The position numbers and the translations under genes are program-made. This document shows positions 17,765 through 26,800 of a stretch of DNA of 56,069 bases, piece after piece. Every line of letters begins with the position of its first letter. The stretch's first letter is position 1. The notes beneath the pieces were generated by a model that saw only the letters and a program-made list of their open reading frames with translations, made no database searches and was not told the DNA's origin. The stretch is from a virus (taxonomy: Duplodnaviria; Caudoviricetes): the IMG/VR virus record IMGVR_UViG_3300022178_002962, positions 1 to 56,069 of that record; one strand, 5' to 3'.

Positions 17765-20440
17765 ATGCCAGACAATAAAAATAATAAAAATCCAACTCCA
17801 AACTTTGATAAGAAAGCATTCAAACATGCTATCAGCACGGTTGAATCTCAGGGTGGAAGGAGATTAGGTAATTCAGAAAGCTCAGCTTCAGGTAGATATC
17901 ACTTTTTATATAATCTTATAAAAGATGCACCTGAACTAAAGGGTATCTCTAAAAGAGAGTGGATAAATGATAATGAGCTACAAGAGAGGGTTATGGATCT
18001 TGCTCTTGATAATAAACTACAGGGCTTTACTTATGGCCCTGCTTACGCACAGAAGTTTATAGAGAAGCACAACAGTACTCTTTCTCTTGAAAAAGCTACA
18101 GCACTAATACATTTCTTAGGGCCTGGTGATGCAGTAAAAGCTATAAAAGATCCAGAGAACTTTAAACCTAAAGGTTCAAACCTTAGTGTTGACGATTATC
18201 TTGGCAGGTTTAGCAAGAACTACAAAAAATACAATCAGTATAAAGCCTGGATGAAAGACAAAAATCGTGAGATACAACATGATGAGTACGGCCACGCTAT
18301 ACTTAAGTCAGATGGTTTTGAGTATGACCCTAACAAGGAGCTAATACAACAGGAAGAATCAAAGTTTCCAAAGCCAGCAACTTCACAGTTTGCACAGTTC
18401 ATGGATCCTGACAGACCTCCAGCAGAACCTGTGCCTGGTGATCTTGAACTAGATCCAACTCAAATAAACACAGAAGACAGGCAGAGAGAGGAAGCTCAAG
18501 CTCAGATTGCTGCTGCACAACAAGCATACGATCAAAATCAACAAGCACAACAACCACGTCAACCACATCAAGCACAAACTTTTCGTATAGGTGATCAGCA
18601 AACAGTTGGACAGGCAATGCCTGGAACCTACAGGATAGACAATCAACAAAACATACAAGGAGTAAACCAATTTATGTTTGGTGGTATGATGGGTGAGCAG
18701 CTAGGACAAGTTGGAGGCAATGCAGAAATGGCTGGTGCTACTAAAGCTGGTGGCCCTGGCGTTGGTGGTTATGCACAAGCTGCTATGGGTGCATTTGAAT
18801 TAGGTCAAATGGCATTTGGTAAGACAGGAATTGATAAGAGTGGAATAACTCCTCCAGAAGATGTTCCTTCTAAAGGTTCAGCTGCATTAAGTGGAGCCAT
18901 GAAAGGTGCGTCAGCAGGTGCATCATTTGGACCATGGGGAATGGCAGCAGGTGCTGTTATTGGAGGAGCTGCAGGATTGATAGGTAATGCCAAGATGGAG
19001 AAAGAGATGAATGAGGCTGACATAGCATACACTGGTAACCTACACAATCAAGCTACAAATGATTACGCAATGGGTGGTAATATAGGTGGTGCTCCAACAG
19101 AGACAGCCTATGATGCTAGTCAATTGGTAACTAAGTTTGAGAACGGTGGATCTCACAGTCAAAACTCTCTTGGTGGAATACCACAGGGTATTGGTGCTAA
19201 TGGAAAGCCCAACCTTGTTGAAGAGGGAGAGACTAAATGGAATGACTATATATTCTCAAACAACATAACAACAGATGGAAAGATGATTGTCTCAGACTCT
19301 AGCGATAATAAGTTTGCTGAAGGAGGAGACTTAGAAGATCCAAATCCAAAGCCAAAGCCAAAATCTTATAGCAAGAGTCAGCAGAAAGCTATGAAGGATT
19401 CAATAAGAGCAATTAAAAAAATATATGGTGAAGATATTGACGCAGCAACTATTAATACTATACTAAGTAATATAGAAATTGAAACTAGCTTTAATGACTT
19501 AAGAGAAAATTCTTATTCATTTGATAGAATTAAAGAGTTAGGAGATGGTGACTTATACAGTGCTAATAAGAACTTAGATAAATGGGGTAAAGGTAAAGAT
19601 GCGTATAACAAACTTAGCAAAGCAGAAAGAATGTCTGTTATGTATTATGGTGATACAGATCACGCAGACATTGCTGGAGGTACTGGTGTATTACAATTAA
19701 CTAGTTCTAATTATGGTGGTAACAGCAAAACAGAGGATGATATAACCAAAGCTTCTAAGCAGCTAGGCTTAAGTAGTAGCGGATTAGCTAACAACTTCTA
19801 TGACAGTACATTGTTAACTCTTCAGGTAATGAAGAATAGAGGCCATGACTTTTCTAGTTTTGGTAACGCAAAAGATGCAAGATTCTCTGTAGTTAATCCT
19901 GGACAGGATTATGATAAGATGGATGCAAAAAAGCAAGCTATACTTGATAATGATTACTCTAGCTATTATGGAAACATGAACAGCTCAGTTGATCCAAGTA
20001 TCATAACAAACAATACTGGATTAGATCAAAGTACTAGAGATAGATTTTTAAAAGCAAACATGGCAGGAAAACTTACTCCTGATGTAGTTGAGAAGTTATC
20101 TCAACGTGCACCAGTTGCGAATACTCAAACTAATCCAATGCTAGCTAGTATCACTCAAGATCCTAACAAAGATTTATTCTCAGGTGAGGGATTAAACTAT
20201 GAGGAAAAAGTTCTGTCACCTCGTGATCAGGAAGAGTTTCTTAAGAATATTGGTGCCAATAGCTTCCAAGCTGGAGGTCAATTGACTGAGAGTCAAGCAA
20301 TGGTTATGCTTAAGCGTAGCAAAAAGTCTTGGGCTGTTAAAGAACAAATAGATAAGAAAAGAAGAAAAGGAGAAAGTTTGATTGACTATAAAAAAAGAAG
20401 AAGAGTTAGAATTACTAACAGAAAGAATATATTAAAATAA
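17765..20440 (+). CDS. Multidomain virion cargo/ejection protein with two lysozyme-fold domains and a glycine-zipper segment
   Basis: N-terminal AISTVESQGG..NSESSASGRYHFL..HFLGPG (lytic transglycosylase-like); GASAGASFGPWGMAAGAVIGGAAGLIG; GGSHSQNSLGGIPQG..NLVEEGETKWNDYIFSN; NIEIETSFNDLRENSYS..GTGVLQLTSSNY (GH19-like). Start ATG 17765 is preferred over TTG 17729. Confidence 0.65.
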   Translation: MPDNKNNKNPTPNFDKKAFKHAISTVESQGGRRLGNSESSASGRYHFLYNLIKDAPELKGISKREWINDNELQERVMDLALDNKLQGFTYGPAYAQKFIEKHNSTLSLEKATALIHFLGPGDAVKAIKDPENFKPKGSNLSVDDYLGRFSKNYKKYNQYKAWMKDKNREIQHDEYGHAILKSDGFEYDPNKELIQQEESKFPKPATSQFAQFMDPDRPPAEPVPGDLELDPTQINTEDRQREEAQAQIAAAQQAYDQNQQAQQPRQPHQAQTFRIGDQQTVGQAMPGTYRIDNQQNIQGVNQFMFGGMMGEQLGQVGGNAEMAGATKAGGPGVGGYAQAAMGAFELGQMAFGKTGIDKSGITPPEDVPSKGSAALSGAMKGASAGASFGPWGMAAGAVIGGAAGLIGNAKMEKEMNEADIAYTGNLHNQATNDYAMGGNIGGAPTETAYDASQLVTKFENGGSHSQNSLGGIPQGIGANGKPNLVEEGETKWNDYIFSNNITTDGKMIVSDSSDNKFAEGGDLEDPNPKPKPKSYSKSQQKAMKDSIRAIKKIYGEDIDAATINTILSNIEIETSFNDLRENSYSFDRIKELGDGDLYSANKNLDKWGKGKDAYNKLSKAERMSVMYYGDTDHADIAGGTGVLQLTSSNYGGNSKTEDDITKASKQLGLSSSGLANNFYDSTLLTLQVMKNRGHDFSSFGNAKDARFSVVNPGQDYDKMDAKKQAILDNDYSSYYGNMNSSVDPSIITNNTGLDQSTRDRFLKANMAGKLTPDVVEKLSQRAPVANTQTNPMLASITQDPNKDLFSGEGLNYEEKVLSPRDQEEFLKNIGANSFQAGGQLTESQAMVMLKRSKKSWAVKEQIDKKRRKGESLIDYKKRRRVRITNRKNILK

Positions 20441-20448
20441 AGTACACT

Positions 20449-21849
20449 ATGGATATAATGTCACAATTTAATTTGCCAAGCTACACAAAAGGAAAATCCT
20501 TTTCAGAAGCCAGTGCATTGATAGCTAAAAAGTTTGAAGGTAGAACTTCTCCTGAAGATATGGAAACTCTAAATGAGTTACAAGGAAGACTTCAGCAAGC
20601 TCAAGAGTTTGTTAAAGCTAAACAAGAAGAAGCATCTAAGCCTCAAGGAGGAGCACCTCAGCATCAAATGCCAGATGGTAGCATGATGCCTGGAGAGTCT
20701 CATGGACAGATGGATCCTTCTATGCCTCCCCAAGAATCACAAATGCAAGATCCTAATGCTCAAGCAATACAAGAGAACATGTTTAAGTTAGGCGGATCTA
20801 TGAAAGCTAACACCTATGCAGATGGAGGAAAGTTTGGTGCGTTATCTAAATTTCTTATGGACAATGAAGGAATCCTTAACAAGGGTGTAAATTCAAGTAA
20901 TCTAAACGGACTTAACGCACAACAGTATATTCAGAATGATAGATTAGGAAATATGCCTGAGACCTTTGGAGGTAACTACGCAGATAGACCTAGTGCAACT
21001 GGAATTACTGATTATCAAAATAGTCAATTCAAAAATGAATTGCCAGATATGTATAGAGGTATTGATGAATTATCTAATCCGTCAAATATGTTTACAGCTC
21101 AAGGCCCACAATTTGGTGGTACTTATAAAACTCCGTATATTGCACCTGGAACAAGTGCAGAACCTGAAGGTATGAAAGGTGGCGAAATGAGTACACCTGA
21201 TATGTCTGGAATTTCTTCTTTAGGGAGTGGCCAGAGTAAGACTAGTACCACAACAAGTACTAATACTACAACAAGTGATAGTGACGTTGATACAAAAAGA
21301 AACAGCAAGTTTAACCCAGCAGGTCTACTCAGGTATGCTGCACCATTAAGTACTGCTCAACAACTGTTAACTCAGAAAAAACCTGAAGATGTTGCATTGA
21401 GTAGAATAAATAGAAAGTATGATCCACAAATGGTTGATGAGCGTCAGTTACAAAACACTGTACAGAATAGTGCAGCAAACTCCAGAGAAGCATTAAGGAA
21501 TGCATCAGGAGGAAGTTCAGCATCATTAAGTGCTAACTTATTAGCTAGCCAATTGCAAACACAGAAAGCACAGTCTGGTGCATACGCACAAGCAGCTGCT
21601 GAGAATAGAAATGAATTAAGACAGAAACAACAATTTGATTTAGGTGTAGACCAGGTTAACATGCAGCAAAGTAATGCTGAAACAAATATGAATCTTGCCA
21701 GAAAGGCTGGGTATGAAACAAACAGAAGTAGAATGATGGCTCAGCTAGGTCAAGATCTTAGTGGTATAGGACAAGAAGAGTTGTTCAAGAAATACCCAGA
21801 GCTTGCAGGATTAGGATACGACTCTAAAGGAAGAAAAATAAGAAAATAA
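20449..21849 (+). CDS. Virion cargo (ejection) protein
   Basis: Low-complexity Gln/Met/Pro/Ser region, then LRYAAP and a Gln/Ala/Asn-rich helical C-terminus ending LSGIGQEE; syntenic with crAss cargo genes. Confidence 0.6.
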   Translation: MDIMSQFNLPSYTKGKSFSEASALIAKKFEGRTSPEDMETLNELQGRLQQAQEFVKAKQEEASKPQGGAPQHQMPDGSMMPGESHGQMDPSMPPQESQMQDPNAQAIQENMFKLGGSMKANTYADGGKFGALSKFLMDNEGILNKGVNSSNLNGLNAQQYIQNDRLGNMPETFGGNYADRPSATGITDYQNSQFKNELPDMYRGIDELSNPSNMFTAQGPQFGGTYKTPYIAPGTSAEPEGMKGGEMSTPDMSGISSLGSGQSKTSTTTSTNTTTSDSDVDTKRNSKFNPAGLLRYAAPLSTAQQLLTQKKPEDVALSRINRKYDPQMVDERQLQNTVQNSAANSREALRNASGGSSASLSANLLASQLQTQKAQSGAYAQAAAENRNELRQKQQFDLGVDQVNMQQSNAETNMNLARKAGYETNRSRMMAQLGQDLSGIGQEELFKKYPELAGLGYDSKGRKIRK

Positions 21850-21853
21850 TATT

Positions 21854-23890
21854 ATGGCAACAACACAAAACGCATCGGCATCTATAGTGCCAACAGTATC
21901 TACAGCAGCATTCAAGCCACTATCTCTTGACGAGATAATGATGGTTCCTCTGGCTAAACAAGCACAAGATGATCAATTAGTTATGGATCTGGATGAGCTA
22001 GACTTAATGGCCACTAATTCATTAGGTGCAGACAACGCTTACGTCAATGCACAAAAAGATGCGTTTAAAGGCGAGGTAGGATCTATTAGAGATAGGCTAA
22101 TGACTGAAGGTGTAGACAGAAGTCTTATAAATAAGTTTAAAGGTTTACGCAGTAGAAAGAATTTAGAGTTTAGTGTTAACGGTGATACAGGTAAAGCTAA
22201 CGCAGCTTACAATGCAATGCAGTTAAACAAGAAAAACATAATGAATAACCCTAAACTTAGCGATGATCAAAAAAGATTAGGTATGTTAGAAGCTGAAAAT
22301 GCTTATGACGCATCAGGTGGTGTTGGAGCTGGGGCTGAATATATTGATTACATTGGTAACGAATATTTTGACACTAACGCTGAGGCACAAAAGATCGGTG
22401 CTCAAATGAGTCCTCAACAAATTGCTGATGCTAATGGATATACATTTGATGGAAAGAACTACAAGGACGGAAGTAACAAGACAGTAATCCTTACTCCAGA
22501 ACATATACAGAATGTTGCTTACCAAACAATGTTAAGTAATGAAAAGCAGATGGCTTATTTAAAAGAGGCAGAAAGACTAAATATAATACCTAGTGCTGAT
22601 GATGCTTTAAGAACAGCTGCAATAAACGCAGGTAATATATACCAGAAAAATAATCGTGACACAACTGCCATGGCTCAAGTTGGGGGACAGGACAATGGGT
22701 CTGGTGCTGGAGGAAGTGATAACTGGACTGGTGTGGACCTTGCTAATGCGATGGAAGGACTGTATGATAAAACTACAGATTTTGATGACGTAAGAATGCC
22801 AAGCTTTTTTGATAATAAAGGAAACATACTTCCTCAAGATGAAAACTATGACAAAGAAAAAGAAGCTGCATTAGATGCAGAGTATGAAGCTAAATTTGGA
22901 ATAGAGGCTAGAAAAGCTGCAAAAAAAGCTGGAGCTACTACAAAGGAATTAGACCTTTACGAATATAACTGGGAAAGAACTCACCAAAGATATGCACCTA
23001 TTAACAAGCAAAGACAACAAGCTATAGATAAGGTAAATAAATTAAAGTCTACTTACCCTTCACTTACTACTCAGCTTAAGCCTGCGGTTATGTCAGAGGA
23101 CGGACTAACAGTTGTGGAGCCAGCTAGGCAATACAATGACCAGGAAATATATACTGCGTTTACAAGAGGACGACAAAAAGCTGCGGCTCAATTTTCTCAG
23201 GCTATAATGCCAATGAATGTAGACAACACTTTTAACAACTATGTAACTTCATTAATAGGAACTAAAGAAGCTCCCGGATCATTTGCTAGTATGACCATGT
23301 CAGTAAATGGTAGCGATCCTGCAGGCTTAGATGCAACTGCAAAAACATTAGGAATGGATCCAGAAGATCTTAGACAAGCTGTTGCTACATCAGGTAGGGT
23401 AATAGGATTCTTACCAGGACATAAAACTATGCCTGGTTCTTATGCTATTCAGTTTGTAGATCCAGATAACCCAGACAAGACTAGAATACTTTCTGTAAAA
23501 GGTAATCATAAATCTGAAGAAATATTTTCAACAGTTTCTAAAATGAACCATCAAGTTATTAATGGTATACCTCACAGTAAGCAAGTCATGATTAATGGAA
23601 ACGGAAAAAAAATAAACCAACATATTACAACGTCTATGAGTCCAGAGACAGGTGCTATAGAGTCGTACACTATAAACACTACGGGAGACTATACTAAAGA
23701 AGAGGTAATGTCTTTTGAATTTAGACCAGACAAAAGACTAGGAGTAGAAGTGGCTTACAAAGACGGAGTAAAAGTTATTCCTCCATTAATAAGAAGAGGT
23801 TACGACTATTCTATTAACAGAGCACAACAGAAAACAAGTAGAATGTACGATGACACTATAACGAAGAAAAACACAAAGAAAAATGATTAA
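21854..23890 (+). CDS. Virion cargo protein
   Basis: 678 aa; N-terminal FKPLSLDEIMMVP pattern; lies between cargo genes and the giant proteins. Confidence 0.55.
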   Translation: MATTQNASASIVPTVSTAAFKPLSLDEIMMVPLAKQAQDDQLVMDLDELDLMATNSLGADNAYVNAQKDAFKGEVGSIRDRLMTEGVDRSLINKFKGLRSRKNLEFSVNGDTGKANAAYNAMQLNKKNIMNNPKLSDDQKRLGMLEAENAYDASGGVGAGAEYIDYIGNEYFDTNAEAQKIGAQMSPQQIADANGYTFDGKNYKDGSNKTVILTPEHIQNVAYQTMLSNEKQMAYLKEAERLNIIPSADDALRTAAINAGNIYQKNNRDTTAMAQVGGQDNGSGAGGSDNWTGVDLANAMEGLYDKTTDFDDVRMPSFFDNKGNILPQDENYDKEKEAALDAEYEAKFGIEARKAAKKAGATTKELDLYEYNWERTHQRYAPINKQRQQAIDKVNKLKSTYPSLTTQLKPAVMSEDGLTVVEPARQYNDQEIYTAFTRGRQKAAAQFSQAIMPMNVDNTFNNYVTSLIGTKEAPGSFASMTMSVNGSDPAGLDATAKTLGMDPEDLRQAVATSGRVIGFLPGHKTMPGSYAIQFVDPDNPDKTRILSVKGNHKSEEIFSTVSKMNHQVINGIPHSKQVMINGNGKKINQHITTSMSPETGAIESYTINTTGDYTKEEVMSFEFRPDKRLGVEVAYKDGVKVIPPLIRRGYDYSINRAQQKTSRMYDDTITKKNTKKND

Positions 23891-26800
23891 TAACGGAGAG
23901 GTAAACGATCAGGATATAGAAGAGTTGTTAGATGATAGCATGGTTGTTGTTGAAGGCGACAGGTTTGAAGATGACATAGACAAGCAGTCTCTTAGTGATT
24001 CAGAATTTGATGAGCTACAAGAAGCTGATTATGATATGACTGGTAGTGCTTTCTGGAGGCCTAGTGTAGAAGTTGGAGATACTGGATACGGAAACTCTCA
24101 ATGGGATGATGGAGCTACTGTAGATGAAGTAACTAGAGAAGGAGGACTTGCTAAAAGAAGAGGACTACTACAACCTTGGACTGACCAGGCTATGAATGCT
24201 ATTGGACAGGCAGTTGTTGCTGAGGGTATTGGTGGTATTATAGAGGGTGCTGGTTACCTTATGGACTGGGAAGGAATATATAATATAGTTAACGGAAAAG
24301 AAAAAGAATACTCTAACTGGCTATCAGATCTTGGATCTGCTCTAAAAGAAAAGGTTCAGGAAAATACTGCAATATACGAGCGTAGTCCTGGAAAGATTGA
24401 TATGTTTGACTCAGGTTTCTGGTTCAAGAATGCAGTATCTGTTGCGTCTACTTTATCAATAATGATTCCAGGTATGGCCGGAGCAAAGCTTGCTAAATAT
24501 GCAGGTAAATTTCTTGCAAAAACAGTAGCTAAAGGTGTTAACAAAGGTGCAAAATTATTAGGTAAAGGACATATAGCAGCAGATGCTGCAAAGAATGGAG
24601 TTCAACTGGGTGTTAAAACTGCCTGGGCGACTGATGGTGTAACTCAAGCTATTGTTTCTAGGCACATTGAGAATACAATGGAAGCTCATGGTACTATGGA
24701 GGGTATTGTTCAGGACAGATTAAGTTCAGGAGCAATTAACAAAGAGACAGGAAAACCTTACACAGAAGAAGAAGCTAGAGCAGAAGGTGCTGTAGCTGCA
24801 GCTGAAAACTACAAGCTAGGTTGGGCTATGCTTGGACAAGATATGTTTCAGTATCTTTCTATTGGTAAAGTATTCAACCCAGTTACTAAGCAAATGGTTC
24901 TTGCCAATAGGTTTCAGAAAGCTGGATCTCGTATAGGTAAGAAAACAAAAAAAGCTTTAAGTATAGGTAAATCTTTTGCTAGTGAAGCACTAGAAGAAGG
25001 TTACCAAAGTATTATCTCTACCAATGCTGCTTTAAAGGTAGACTATGAGGCTGGACTTATTTCTGAGTCAGAACTTTACGAGGCAAGGAGAGGTATGTTT
25101 ACCTCTGATGAGATGAAGACATCTATGTTATTTGGTGGACTTGGTGGATCATTCTTTGATTTTGCTGGGCCAAAGTTTAATGATTTGATGAAATCTAAAT
25201 CTCGTAAAGAGCTAGAAGAGAATGCAGAAAATTGGAGAAAGATGAACTTCAAAGATCAGTTTAATTTCTATTCAGCACTACACAAAAAGAAACAAGCAGC
25301 TGAAACTGCTGGTGATAAAGCTGGTAGACAGATGTCCCAAGACTCTGTATTGTCAGCAATGATCATTGATGGTATAGACAACAACAATCTTGAAGAAGTT
25401 ATGGAGGGTATCCTTGCAGGTAAGGATATGACACCTGAGCAGAAGGCTCAGTTTGAGGCAGAGCATGGTGGGGAATGGAGTCAAGAGTTAGCTGAAGAAG
25501 GTGCTACTAGAGCACTAGAGATGTCCAAGAAGATTCAAGAGATGCACTTTAAGACTAGATCAAAGAAATCTAATAAAGGAGTTCCTGAGTCTATAATGAA
25601 GGCTCAGACCATGGCTGAATTTCAAAGTGAAAACTTGACAAAAGAACAAGAAAGATTAGGTAAAGAGTCTCAAGAAATATTTGACAACATCAAGTTTGAC
25701 GAGAACAACAAGCCAACACAGGAGTGGTTAGAATACAACAAGACTAACCTAGATGTAGCTGGACAAGATGTCTATATAAATGTATTAAAGAAGTTACAGT
25801 CTGAAGCTAAAGGTAAAGATAAGGACTTAATTACTGAACAACTTAAAGTTGCTAGAGCTCAAAAAAGAAAACTCAAAAGAGATTTCAAAGCTCAAGAGAC
25901 TGCTAAGAAGGAAGCTGCAAAGAGGATCGCTGCAGAGCAGAAGATACAAGATAAAGAAGCTACTAAAAACATGACGCCTGCTCAGAAGAAGAAGTACATG
26001 GCTGAAAAGGTTGAAGAGGTAGAAGCTCAAGCTATTGTTGACAAGAATAACAAAGAGGCGTATGCATCAGCTGAGCAATCAATCTTAACAAACTCTGTTG
26101 AGCAAAAGATTAATGGCCTTAAGATTACTATGAACAATAGTAAAATGGCAATACTATCATCTAAAGAGCACGCTGTTGAAGTAAAGAAAGATAACAACAG
26201 TAGGGTTGTAGCATCTCTTAAAACTCAAGAAGAAGTTGAAAAGTTTGCTAAGATGATTGAAAAGGATTCATTCATTGGTAGTGAATACAGTGAAGAGGAA
26301 AGAAAAGAATTAGAGGCTCAATTGGTAGCGAGATCTACTCAGATAAAAAAGAAGATTGAGGATGATAAGGTAATAGAAGAAAATAAAGAAGCTGCAGCAG
26401 AGTTAGCAAAAAAGACTAAAGAAAAGAATGAAGACATTACTATTCCAGACAACAACGTAAACAATGAAGTAACTAATATTCTAGAGGATCAACACAAAGA
26501 TGAAGAGATTCAAACAGAAGAAAAGGTTACTGTTAAAGAAGAGCAAACTTTAGAAATTCAAACTGGTAATGGTAAATCAGTAGCTCCACTAGATAACTCT
26601 CAAGGTACTCTTAAAGCTTACAAGAATTGGCTATTAGACGGAACAAAGAAGATTGGCCAGATTGTAGGATACAGAGTTGCCAAAAGAGGCCCACATAAAA
26701 ACCCTAAATCTAGATCAACAAGTAAAGCTTACCAGGCTATTGTTGAGTTTGGTGCTGCAATGAGAGAGTTTCAAAAGACTGGTGTTATGCCACAGCTTTC

